A stretch of 41,999 bases of DNA from NCBI GenBank assembly GCA_045633665.1, contig JAZQYT010000088.1, positions 1-41,999 on the forward strand, in the 5' to 3' direction. Positions 16,599-25,156 of this stretch are shown here, piece by piece. The stretch comes from Eubacteriales bacterium (lineage in GTDB: Bacteria; Bacillota; Clostridia; Oscillospirales; CAG-272). How positions within the stretch are numbered: position 1 is the stretch's first letter; each line of letters begins with the position of its first letter. A program made the position numbers and the translations under genes. Below the pieces are notes generated by a model. That model did not search any database. It was not told where the DNA came from and was given only the letters and a program-made list of their open reading frames with translations.

Positions 16599-18176
16599 TT
16601 ATTCGTACATTTCAATCCTATTATTCTCTGTCATAACCATGCCATCCGTACAATAGATGGCAATTCCCTTTCTGATAGCACCCGATGCTACATCGATCTC
16701 CAGCCACTCTGCAACCGTTCCTTCATAATTCACTCTCCATAAAGAGGTACCGGGAACCAATGCATTGCTTTCGATCGATTTTATGCTGGTCGGGATGGTT
16801 ACACTTGTGAGCCATTCGCATCCGTAAAACGCGTGACTTGGCAGCACTTCGATTGGTTGTCCAAGTACAATATCACAGCCGATGCCACTCTCTCTGAAAG
16901 CTGAAGCTCCGAGCTTTGTGATCACGGTAAGCCCTTCGATCTTGTCAAGATTCGAGCATTTTCTGAACGCTGCCGCTCTGATTTCGGTCATGCTTTCACA
17001 TACTATGACACTGTTTAAGGATGTACAACCGTCAAACATGCTTTCTGCCACACGTTCAAGCGCTCCGAGCTCCGCCTTTATAAGCTCAGTACAGCCTTCG
17101 AATATACCCGAACCCACGTCTTCTACGTTGTTCGTAAACTTTACCGATCTCATGTCCGTGCAAGTCGCAAAAGCCTCGTCCCCAATGCTTGTAACAGTTT
17201 GTGCAATCGTTACGTTTCGAATGGTACTGCATCCGTAAAACGCTCTTTTGCCGATCACGGCAATCCCGTCAAGCTCGACCTTTTTCAGCGAGGTGCAGCC
17301 ATGGCACATGGATTCGGGGATCTCTGTAATAGCAGACGGCAGCGTGATCTTTTCGAGTGCGGTGCATTCGGAAAAGGCAAACGCACCGATCTTGGTGACT
17401 GAGTCCGGCACGGCAACGCTGATCAATGCGCTTTGCTGCGCGAACGCATTTGCATCAATGCTCGTCACGGCAATACCGTCATACTCCGCAGGGATTTCAA
17501 GCTCCGATTCTTGATAATTGTCCGTTGTCCCGACTACCGCAAACGTACCGTTCTCATAGCGAAGAACAAGTCCTAACGGCTCCACGGTCACATTCTGTCC
17601 CTCTGCATAACCATCGGTGGAATTCGTTTCAATCTGCGATTCGCTTTCCTCATCCGATTTAACGTCGGTCTCTGTCTCTGTAGACATCTCATCAATAATG
17701 GCGTCGATCTCTTGCTTATGATCAAGATAATATTGGTACATACGTGCAAGCAAATCACCAAGATCTTGCTTCATATTGCTAAAAAGTCCATCTGTATCTG
17801 TCTGCATCTGATCAATGACCGAATCCTCTGTTCCCGCACCGAGGGCAATGAAAACACTTTCGGTAAGCGGCCATTGTACCCAGTTGAGCTGCAACTTTTC
17901 TTGTGTATCGGAATCTTCCGCATCATCCAAGGGGAACAGGATCTGATCAATGGCTTCTGCAACGTAACTGTCGATCGCTTCGCGATTTTGATAGTATCCT
18001 ACGGGAAGTGCTACGAGCAGCAAGGTAAAGACAAGCGTGATACACGCAGCGCTGACCAATACCGTGCGAAGGCTCTTTTTTCGCTTGCGAAGCAAAAACG
18101 ATTCATATCTGTCATACTGCTCTAAATATTTCACGTCGATCAGGGAGATTGCATCTATCATCAAATCTTTATTCAT
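16599..18176 (-). CDS. module 1 membrane protein: short cytoplasmic N-terminus, one TM, conserved juxtamembrane domain, acidic linker, BspA-type LRR (LRR_5-like) ectodomain
   Basis: A 525-aa ORF. RKRKKSLR precedes the TM segment VLVSAACITLVFTLLLVAL. Repeats of the type IPDSVTKIGAFAFSECTALEKITLP follow. The start overlaps the sigma stop (ATGA at 18173-18176). Confidence 0.8.
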   Translation of the reverse strand: MNKDLMIDAISLIDVKYLEQYDRYESFLLRKRKKSLRTVLVSAACITLVFTLLLVALPVGYYQNREAIDSYVAEAIDQILFPLDDAEDSDTQEKLQLNWVQWPLTESVFIALGAGTEDSVIDQMQTDTDGLFSNMKQDLGDLLARMYQYYLDHKQEIDAIIDEMSTETETDVKSDEESESQIETNSTDGYAEGQNVTVEPLGLVLRYENGTFAVVGTTDNYQESELEIPAEYDGIAVTSIDANAFAQQSALISVAVPDSVTKIGAFAFSECTALEKITLPSAITEIPESMCHGCTSLKKVELDGIAVIGKRAFYGCSTIRNVTIAQTVTSIGDEAFATCTDMRSVKFTNNVEDVGSGIFEGCTELIKAELGALERVAESMFDGCTSLNSVIVCESMTEIRAAAFRKCSNLDKIEGLTVITKLGASAFRESGIGCDIVLGQPIEVLPSHAFYGCEWLTSVTIPTSIKSIESNALVPGTSLWRVNYEGTVAEWLEIDVASGAIRKGIAIYCTDGMVMTENNRIEMYE

Positions 18177-18757
18177 ACCGTAAAGCCCTCCTCTTCCAGC
18201 TTTTGGCGCAGCGTTTTTCTGATGTAGGAAATGGCTCTGTTGATCTTTGAACGATGCACATGTAGGATCTGCGCGATATCACCGATACCCTTACCGTAAT
18301 AAAAGCGGCTTATAAAGACGTAACGGTGCATCTCGTCAAGGCTGTCCAGATACTGTTCAATGATTTCCGCAAGTCTTAGAGTATCACTTTGCGCATACCC
18401 CTGCCCCTCTTCGCTGATAATCTCTTCAAGATCACTCAAAGAGATTGCCTGACTTACCCCTTCTCTTTTTTGGCTGTGCTTGTTTCTGTACAAGAGCAGA
18501 GAATGCCTTCTGATAATGGTGGATAAAAATGCCTTGAGATAATCGGGACGATGTGGGGGCATAGAGTTCCATGCAGATACGTAGGTATCGTTCAGGCATT
18601 CCTCACTGTCCGGTTCATTTTGCAAAATGTTTTTTGCTACTGTCAACAAGTATGCACGATATTTGCGATCTGTGTGTTTGATGGCATCTTCATTACGCGC
18701 CCAATAGAGATCAATGATCTCTGAATCACTGATCGCTTTCGTATTTTGATATTGCAT
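18173..18757 (-). CDS. module 1 ECF-like sigma-70 family sigma factor
   Basis: I placed the start at MQYQNTKAIS (ATG is the rc of 18755-18757, 7 nt after AAGGAGG). The region-2-like segment is DSEECLNDTYVSAWNSMPPHRP. The region-4 HTH is GIGDIAQILHVHRSKINRAISYIRKTL. Confidence 0.8.
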   Translation of the reverse strand: MQYQNTKAISDSEIIDLYWARNEDAIKHTDRKYRAYLLTVAKNILQNEPDSEECLNDTYVSAWNSMPPHRPDYLKAFLSTIIRRHSLLLYRNKHSQKREGVSQAISLSDLEEIISEEGQGYAQSDTLRLAEIIEQYLDSLDEMHRYVFISRFYYGKGIGDIAQILHVHRSKINRAISYIRKTLRQKLEEEGFTV

Positions 18758-18778
18758 ACGTGACCTCCTTTCTGTCAT

Positions 18779-18815
18779 TTCACCTATATAGATACATTTT
18801 TTTGCAAAATGTCCG
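18779..18815 (-). promoter_or_regulatory. module 1 candidate ECF-type promoter
   Basis: The minus strand reads GGAC, 16 nt, then TATCTATATAGGTGAA. It aligns with the motifs upstream of the other four module sigma genes. Confidence 0.45.
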
Positions 18816-18842
18816 CTTTTTTTGAAAAAATTTTCGATTTTA

Positions 18843-18875
18843 AAAGAGCGTCCGAACGATTGGTCAGACGCTCTT
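18843..18875 (-). terminator. rho-independent terminator after the DUF975 gene
   Basis: AAGAGCGTC (18843-18851) pairs with GACGCTCTT (18867-18875). On the minus strand it is followed by ttaaaatcgaaaatttttt. Confidence 0.6.
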
Positions 18876-18891
18876 TCTTATATTACTTGAA

Positions 18892-19704
18892 TCAGTATGA
18901 TTGCGTATCGTTTTCCGTTGACTGCTCGGGCTGTCCCGTAAATACAGACTCGGGATCGAACGCACAGGCATATACGTCGGACACGGGGCGCGTGCCGGAA
19001 AGCTCTCTGTAAAAATCAGCACGTGCGGCACTCTTATAAGGAATCAGCCAAATGTCACCGATGCCGCAGGTCAGCGAGCTCAGAATGTTCCATCCGATAA
19101 AGCTGAAGTCCAGGCAGAACAGGTTCCAACGGTAACCGCGCATCATTTCCTTGGAGCGCGTAATGGCTTCGTTAGGCCCTATCGTGGGATCATCCGCAAG
19201 TATGTACGGTACCATGGCATAGCTGTAACTTGCAATAATACCCGGAATGAAGCACAGAAGTGACCACAAAAATATGTATAAAGTTTCCAGCAATCCTGTA
19301 AGGCCGATGTTTTTCCATGCATGAAAATACTTGAACAAGGTGACAAGATCAGGCTTTTTACCGTCGATGAGATCCATGTTAAAGCACGCATATCCTGTTC
19401 TGATGATCGACGAGAAGAAACGCCAGGCAAGTGCCCATACCAATGCAATGGCAAATACGACGATGAATACACCTCCAATGATCGCCAAAAGCATCATCGT
19501 TTCCTCATCCAATTCTCCGGGTACCACTTCAGTCGTTCCCTCTTCGGTAGTCTCTCCAAAGTTAATTCTTGGCTGTCCGACCGTACTGCCTACGGTAGTT
19601 GCGCCAAGCAAGGAGGCAATCAAGCCTGCAAGGATCGCCCAGCCCCACTGTCCACTCAGAGCATTTCTTGCTGCCGCTCTGAAATCAGCTGCTCTTTTAA
19701 TCAT
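18892..19704 (-). CDS. DUF975-family integral membrane protein
   Basis: I placed the start at MIKRAADFRAAARNALSGQWGWAILAGLIASLL (ATG is the rc of 19702-19704, 5 nt after GGAGG). It is polytopic, and the N-terminal pattern is typical of DUF975. Confidence 0.65.
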   Translation of the reverse strand: MIKRAADFRAAARNALSGQWGWAILAGLIASLLGATTVGSTVGQPRINFGETTEEGTTEVVPGELDEETMMLLAIIGGVFIVVFAIALVWALAWRFFSSIIRTGYACFNMDLIDGKKPDLVTLFKYFHAWKNIGLTGLLETLYIFLWSLLCFIPGIIASYSYAMVPYILADDPTIGPNEAITRSKEMMRGYRWNLFCLDFSFIGWNILSSLTCGIGDIWLIPYKSAARADFYRELSGTRPVSDVYACAFDPESVFTGQPEQSTENDTQSY

Positions 19705-19910
19705 ATAAACCTCCATGCCGCCTTCGGCGGCTCAAATATTGATGGAAACTTCACCGCGGAGCTTTTCTCCAAAAATGGGCCGGGCCCATTTTTCGGTGAA
19801 GTTTAAGCGTGAATGGTTGAGTATAAAGGAATATTGCGTGAACTTTCACGCTATTCTCCTTTCAAGGGCTTTACGTAGTGTACGCCCAAATATATTTCTT
19901 GCTTGATATG
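19705..19910 (-). promoter_or_regulatory. about 200-nt structured 5' leader with an internal terminator-like hairpin (candidate attenuator or riboswitch)
   Basis: On the minus strand there is a nested stem, cttcaccg...cggtgaag, enclosing AAAAATGGGCC-CG-GGCCCATTTTT (+ strand 19770-19794). Further stems are gcgtgaaagttcacgc, gggc...gccc and gccgccgaaggcggc, the last directly before the RBS. Confidence 0.4.
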
Positions 19911-19939
19911 ATTATATCACGTTTTCCCACTTTTTGCAA
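19911..19939 (-). promoter_or_regulatory. sigma-70-type promoter of the DUF975 leader
   Basis: The minus strand reads TTGCAA (19934-19939), a 17-nt spacer, then TATAAT (rc of 19911-19916). Confidence 0.55.
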
Positions 19940-19944
19940 TACTT

Positions 19945-21432
19945 TTATTCAATAATGATCTGTCCATCAACGCATTGGATGATGATGCCCCTTTCAATGC
20001 CGTGTTCGGATATACGAACGCTTTCCCACTCTGCAACCGCACCGCGAAATTCTATGATCTCGAGCACATTGTTATCAATGAATGCAGCGTCTGCAATTTC
20101 TTTGAGCGTATTGGGCAAGGATACGCTTGTCAGATTCCCGCAGGCTGAAAACGCATAGATACCGATCCTTTCAACGCCGTCAGGCACGGTCAGAGAGGAA
20201 ATGCCCGTGTTGTAAAAGCTTTGCGGTTCAATCTCGGTAATCCCTTTCGGAAATGCCAGATCGTAATTCGAAAGCGTACCTCTGAATGCTTCCGAGCCGA
20301 TAAACTCCATGCTTTCGGGCAATTTTCCCAACTTCAATTCATAGCATTCAAAGAAAGCGTGCGTATCAATCTTTTTGACGCTTTCGGGGATATTGACACT
20401 CTGCAGCGCGACACATCCAAAGAATGCAAAGGATCCTATGATCTCCAAGCCACTTGGCAGTTCAATGCTCTGCAGCGATTGACACTTGAGGAATACGCTG
20501 TCGTTGATCACTTTCAGATTTACGGGAAGCTGCTTGACATAGGTTAGCGAAGAACAGTACGCAAACGCACTCGATCCGATCGTTTCCACGCTGTCCGGGA
20601 TCACGACCTCAACGATCTGATCACAGTACGAAAAAGCGTAATTTTCAATCGCCTTGACAGGCAGTCCTTTGAAAGTTTCCGGAATGTTCAGAACGGTTTC
20701 TTGCGTGTTCGCAAGGCTGATGACTGTGTAATAGCTCTCGTCCTCGCTGAGCGCCAGAATAAAGGTGCCGTCAGATTCGGTCACGTGAGTCGATGAGTCG
20801 TCCTCGGTGATCTGTTCAGTTCCGTGATCCGGCAGCGTCTCGACTTCGGTCTCTATTTCAGTTTGGGTTTCCCTGTCGGTTTCGGTTTCAATTTCGCTCT
20901 CGGTTTCGCTTTCACTTTCCGATTCACGTTCGTCTATGACACCTTCGATATCGTCCTTGTGATCCAAATAATACTGATAAAGTCGTTCCAGAAACGCGCC
21001 GAGGCTTTGCAATAGTTCACCGGCAAGGCCGCTGTGATCCCCTTGCATAAAATCAATCGCAGAATCCTGCGTGCCTGCACCGAGCGCTTCAAAGAATTTT
21101 GCTGCGAGGGGCATCTTTGTCCAATCCAAAAGCAATTCTTCTTTTGCAATATCGCTATCCTGCTCCTTATCCAGCGGAAACAGCACGCGATCCACCGCCT
21201 GTACGAATGCGTTATCAACAGCCTCGCGGTTGGTAATATACACGATGGGCAGCGATGCAACAAGCAAGGTAAATGTCAGCAAAAGCGCGGCTGCCGCAAC
21301 CAGCGTGCGTTTGATCCACTTCCGTTTCTGCCTGTGCAATCTTTTCTGCAAGGCGCGTTCGGTCTGCTCAAAATCTGCAAGATAGGCGTGGTCAATGTAA
21401 CCGACCGCCTCGATCAAAAATTCCTTTGTCAT
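19945..21432 (-). CDS. module 2 membrane protein with BspA-type LRR ectodomain
   Basis: A 495-aa ORF with the same architecture as module 1. The TM segment is LVAAAALLLTFTLLVASLPIVYI and the acidic linker is SESESETESEIETETDRETQTEIETEVE. There is an ATGA overlap at 21429-21432. Confidence 0.8.
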   Translation of the reverse strand: MTKEFLIEAVGYIDHAYLADFEQTERALQKRLHRQKRKWIKRTLVAAAALLLTFTLLVASLPIVYITNREAVDNAFVQAVDRVLFPLDKEQDSDIAKEELLLDWTKMPLAAKFFEALGAGTQDSAIDFMQGDHSGLAGELLQSLGAFLERLYQYYLDHKDDIEGVIDERESESESETESEIETETDRETQTEIETEVETLPDHGTEQITEDDSSTHVTESDGTFILALSEDESYYTVISLANTQETVLNIPETFKGLPVKAIENYAFSYCDQIVEVVIPDSVETIGSSAFAYCSSLTYVKQLPVNLKVINDSVFLKCQSLQSIELPSGLEIIGSFAFFGCVALQSVNIPESVKKIDTHAFFECYELKLGKLPESMEFIGSEAFRGTLSNYDLAFPKGITEIEPQSFYNTGISSLTVPDGVERIGIYAFSACGNLTSVSLPNTLKEIADAAFIDNNVLEIIEFRGAVAEWESVRISEHGIERGIIIQCVDGQIIIE

Positions 21433-22010
21433 ATCGAATAGCCCTCCCTTGCAAGATATTCGCGCAAGGACTGCTTGATCAGTGCGATCTCGCGATTGAC
21501 CGTGCCGCGGCTGACGCCGAGCATGGTGGCGATCTGCTCAATGGGACGCGCATAAAAATAGCGGCTGATGAAAATGTAACGCCTCCGGTCATCCAGCGCG
21601 GCAAGATACGCGTCAAGCACCTTGCCAAGCACGCGGGCGCGCTCCTCGGTTTCATCCGAGGCATCGGTCACAGCATAATCCGAAAGGTCGTCAAATGACA
21701 CGGAAAGCGATTGCGGTACCGACTTTTGCGTATGATGGCTGCGGTAAACGTCAATGGCCTTGCGGCGCATGATGGCACAAAGAAATGCGGGCAGCACCTG
21801 CGGACGGTGCGGCGGCATGGAATTCCATGCACCGACGTATGTGTCGTTCAGGCATTCCTCGCGGTCTTGCAGATCGGAAAGAATCCCTTTGACCACCGTG
21901 AGCAGATACGTGCGATATTTCAGATCTGTATACTCTATCGCTTGCTCGTCCCGCGCCCAATACAAATCAATGATGGTCGTATCGTCAGGGATGAAGGTTT
22001 GGTTTTGCAT
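21429..22010 (-). CDS. module 2 ECF-like sigma factor
   Basis: I placed the start at MQNQTFIPDD (ATG is the rc of 22008-22010, 8 nt after AAGGAG). It is a paralog of the module 1 sigma (IIDLYWARDEQAIEYTDLKYRTYLL...EECLNDTYVGAWNSMPPHRP). Confidence 0.8.
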   Translation of the reverse strand: MQNQTFIPDDTTIIDLYWARDEQAIEYTDLKYRTYLLTVVKGILSDLQDREECLNDTYVGAWNSMPPHRPQVLPAFLCAIMRRKAIDVYRSHHTQKSVPQSLSVSFDDLSDYAVTDASDETEERARVLGKVLDAYLAALDDRRRYIFISRYFYARPIEQIATMLGVSRGTVNREIALIKQSLREYLAREGYSI

Positions 22011-22033
22011 GCTTTTCACTCCTTTTTGTATCC

Positions 22034-22070
22034 TTCACCCTTTATGTCGTAATATTTTTCAAAAAGTACC
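22034..22070 (-). promoter_or_regulatory. module 2 candidate ECF-type promoter
   Basis: The minus strand reads GGTAC, 16 nt, then CGACATAAAGGGTGAA. Confidence 0.45.
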
Positions 22071-22109
22071 ACGATTTCAGAAATTTTTTTAATAATTTTC
22101 AAGCAACAC

Positions 22110-22135
22110 CGACCGGGCGTTATTTCACCCGGTCG
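22110..22135 (-). terminator. terminator-like hairpin after the module 3 LRR gene
   Basis: CGACCGGG (22110-22117) pairs with CCCGGTCG (22128-22135). The T-tract that follows on the minus strand is only modest. Confidence 0.45.
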
Positions 22136-22144
22136 ACTGCGCGT

Positions 22145-24406
22145 TTATTTTGCCGTGATCTCACCGTCTGAGCAAACGATGATCACGCCTTGCGGTATAT
22201 TGGCATATTTCGTATTGACCTGCTCCCATTGCGAGACGCTACCCTTATAGTATATATGCGTCAAGGATTCGCAATAGGTAAAGGATGAAGAGCCGATCTT
22301 TGTCACGCTTGTGGGAATGGTGACGGTGATCAGGTTGCTTGCCACGTTGAAGGCTTGTCTTGCCAGCTCCACGACCGTGTCCGGGATCTCACAATGCTCA
22401 ATGCCCGTTTGTGAATAAAAGCCGTTGGGCAGCACTCTCAGCTGCGTGGAATAGGTCACCTGCTTCAAAGCGGTGCAACCGCTGAATACGCTGTCCCCTA
22501 TACGTATAAGCGATTCGGGCAGCGCAACGCGCTCAAGCGATGTGCAGCCCAAGAAGGCTAAATCTCCAAGGAAATCAAGACCTTCGGGAATGATGATCTC
22601 TGCAAGCAACGCGCAATTTCCAAATGCCTGAGATCCTATGGTTTGTATGCCGCTGCCGAGTATCACGCTCTGCAGGCCTGAGCCGCTGAACGCTTTTCCT
22701 CCGATGGATTGCAACGAAGACGGTGCATCAAGACGCTCAAGGCTTGCGCAATTCATAAAGGCACTCTCTTCGATCTTTTTCACACCCTCTTCAAGGCGAA
22801 GCTGCGTCAAGGAGGTGCATCCGGAAAAAGCAGCATTTGAGATCACCTCAACGTTCCCGGGAACGCTCAGTGTATGCATTGCCGTGCATTCGGAAAAAGC
22901 GTAGCTGCCGAGCTGTTCAAGGTGTGGCGGCAAGGTAACGGATTGCAGCGAGATGCAGCCGGCAAAAGCAGAGTCATCGATCAGAGCAAGACTTTCGGGA
23001 AGCTCTATTTGCGCAAGATCCGTGCAATCCTTAAAGGCAAATGCTCCGATCTCCGTGATGCTATCTGGCAGATTGACCTGCTTTAAGGGCCAGCAGCCCT
23101 GGAAAGTCCCCTCTTCAATGCGGGACAGCGATGCAGGGATCGTAACGCTCGCAAGTCCCTTACAATCGCAGAATGCATATTTACCGATCCCGATAAGCGT
23201 ATCGGGCAGGTCGATCGTATTGAGAGATACGCACTTATAAAACGCATATTCACCGATCAAATTTAACCCGGACGGCATCTTGAAGCTGTCCAGCTTCTGG
23301 CAGTTATAAAATGCATTTTTTTCGATTGCCGTAACGGTTTCGGGCAAAATCACGGTTTCCAGTTTCAAGCAATTATTGAAGAAACGCTCGGGAAGAACCG
23401 GGATAGGGCTTTCAATGCACACGTACGTAAGGCTGTCAGCACCGTCAAAAATCATATTTCCAAGCTCGGTGCAGGACGCTGGGATGATGATCTCGGTCAG
23501 CGAGGTACATGCACGGAAAGCGCTTGTTCCGATTTGGATCACGCCTTCGGGAATGGTGATCTCCGAAAGCGAGCTGCATTTGGAGAACGCTTCAACACCA
23601 ATCGTTTCCAGACCTTCTGCAAGCGTGACGCGTTCAAGGGACGTACATTCAATAAAGGCTTGATCTCCGATAATTTTGATCCCTTCGTGAAGCACCACTT
23701 CCTTAATGCCCGTGCAACCCATAAAAGCACCCTGATATATGCCCGTGACCGGCAGACCTTTATAGGTTGTGGGAATGATGATGACCTCATCCGTACACTC
23801 GTTGAGATCGGATACGAGATAAGAGTTGTTGTAATAATCCTTCTGATATCTCAGTCCCCTGCTGCCGTCCACCTCGTAGTCGGGCTCTGTTTCGGTTTGG
23901 TCGGACTCGGTATCCTCGTCCTCCTGATCCGTGATCAGATCGTTGTGATCCAGATAGTATTGATACATGCGGTCAAGGAATGCGCCAATGCTTTGCATAG
24001 CGTCCCCTGCAAGGCCGCCTTGCGCGTTTTGCATCATGTCGGCAAACGAATGCTCACCACCCATGCCAAGCAGATCAAATATCTGTTCGGTAACCGGCCA
24101 CTTGATCCAGCTATGCTGCAGCTCCTCCTGATCGATCTCTGCGTCCTCGCGATCAAGCGGAAACAGCACGCGATCCACTATCGGGGTAAGCGCTTGGTTG
24201 ATCGCCTCGTGATTGACGATATAGATAAGCGGCAGCGATGCTACAAGCAAGGTGAAGGTCAAAAGCAGACAAGCGGCTGCGAGCAGCAGTTTGCCCCATG
24301 CGGGCATTTTGCGCTTGTGCGTCAAGCGGTATTCGGTACGGGTATAGCTTTCCAAAATGTCAACGTCGATCATGCCAAGAGCATCTACAAACATATCTTG
24401 CGTCAT
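22145..24406 (-). CDS. module 3 membrane protein with expanded BspA-type LRR ectodomain
   Basis: A 753-aa ORF with the same N-terminal architecture. The LRR region is roughly twice as long as in the other modules. There is an ATGA overlap at 24403-24406. Confidence 0.8.
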   Translation of the reverse strand: MTQDMFVDALGMIDVDILESYTRTEYRLTHKRKMPAWGKLLLAAACLLLTFTLLVASLPLIYIVNHEAINQALTPIVDRVLFPLDREDAEIDQEELQHSWIKWPVTEQIFDLLGMGGEHSFADMMQNAQGGLAGDAMQSIGAFLDRMYQYYLDHNDLITDQEDEDTESDQTETEPDYEVDGSRGLRYQKDYYNNSYLVSDLNECTDEVIIIPTTYKGLPVTGIYQGAFMGCTGIKEVVLHEGIKIIGDQAFIECTSLERVTLAEGLETIGVEAFSKCSSLSEITIPEGVIQIGTSAFRACTSLTEIIIPASCTELGNMIFDGADSLTYVCIESPIPVLPERFFNNCLKLETVILPETVTAIEKNAFYNCQKLDSFKMPSGLNLIGEYAFYKCVSLNTIDLPDTLIGIGKYAFCDCKGLASVTIPASLSRIEEGTFQGCWPLKQVNLPDSITEIGAFAFKDCTDLAQIELPESLALIDDSAFAGCISLQSVTLPPHLEQLGSYAFSECTAMHTLSVPGNVEVISNAAFSGCTSLTQLRLEEGVKKIEESAFMNCASLERLDAPSSLQSIGGKAFSGSGLQSVILGSGIQTIGSQAFGNCALLAEIIIPEGLDFLGDLAFLGCTSLERVALPESLIRIGDSVFSGCTALKQVTYSTQLRVLPNGFYSQTGIEHCEIPDTVVELARQAFNVASNLITVTIPTSVTKIGSSSFTYCESLTHIYYKGSVSQWEQVNTKYANIPQGVIIVCSDGEITAK

Positions 24407-24984
24407 ACGATATACCCCTCCTTTGCAAGCGTTGCTCGGAGTGATTGCTTGATGGCAGCAATTTCTTTATTGATCGTCGAACGGCTACAGGAAAGCTCTT
24501 CCGAGATCTGCTCGATGGGCTTTGCGTAATAATAACGGCTGATAAAAATGTAGCTTTGGCGCTCGGACAGCGTGCGCAGCCAGCTGCTGATGATCTGCGA
24601 TAGTTCTGCGGTTTCTTGCCAAGTATACTGGCTCTCGCTATCCGGGATAAAATCCTCAAAGTCGGTCAAAGAAAAGGTTGTGCCTATGCTTCTCTTTTGT
24701 CTGTGCTTATTTCTGTATCTGGTAATGGCGATCTTGCGCATGATAGAGCCAAGAAAGGTCTGCAGCACGCTCGGACGGTGCGGCGGGATAGCATTCCAGG
24801 TACCAACGTACGTATCGTTCAGGCATTCCTCGCTATCCTGCATATCGTTCAGGATATTCTGCGAGATGCTGATCAGATATTTTCGATATTTGACGTCGGT
24901 TGCCTTGATGGCCTCCTCGTCGCGTGCCCAGTAAAGCGCGATGATCTCGTCATCACTACGCACACTTACGAATCGATCTTGCAT
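24403..24984 (-). CDS. module 3 ECF-like sigma factor
   Basis: A 193-aa ORF with AAAGGAGAG upstream. It is a paralog of the other module sigma factors (IIALYWARDEEAIKATDVKYRKYLI...EECLNDTYVGTWNAIPPHRP). Confidence 0.8.
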   Translation of the reverse strand: MQDRFVSVRSDDEIIALYWARDEEAIKATDVKYRKYLISISQNILNDMQDSEECLNDTYVGTWNAIPPHRPSVLQTFLGSIMRKIAITRYRNKHRQKRSIGTTFSLTDFEDFIPDSESQYTWQETAELSQIISSWLRTLSERQSYIFISRYYYAKPIEQISEELSCSRSTINKEIAAIKQSLRATLAKEGYIV

Positions 24985-25017
24985 TGTTTGCTCTCCTTTA
25001 CGGTTTAGATATTTGCT

Positions 25018-25054
25018 TTCGTAAGTATAGTCGCCAAAAGCGGGAAAAAGTGTA
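25018..25054 (-). promoter_or_regulatory. module 3 candidate ECF-type promoter
   Basis: The minus strand reads TTACAC, 16 nt, then CGACTATACTTACGAA. Confidence 0.4.
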
Positions 25055-25122
25055 ATACTTTTTTCAAATATTCACGTTCTGACTATATTTTACCACAAAT
25101 CCGAAATATTGCAAGAGGATAA

Positions 25123-25152
25123 ATAAGGCAGCGACCAAAATCGCTGCCTTAT
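25123..25152 (-). terminator. rho-independent terminator after the module 4 LRR gene
   Basis: ATAAGGCAGCG pairs with CGCTGCCTTAT. On the minus strand it is followed by ttatcctctt. Confidence 0.6.
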
Positions 25153-25156
25153 GTGA

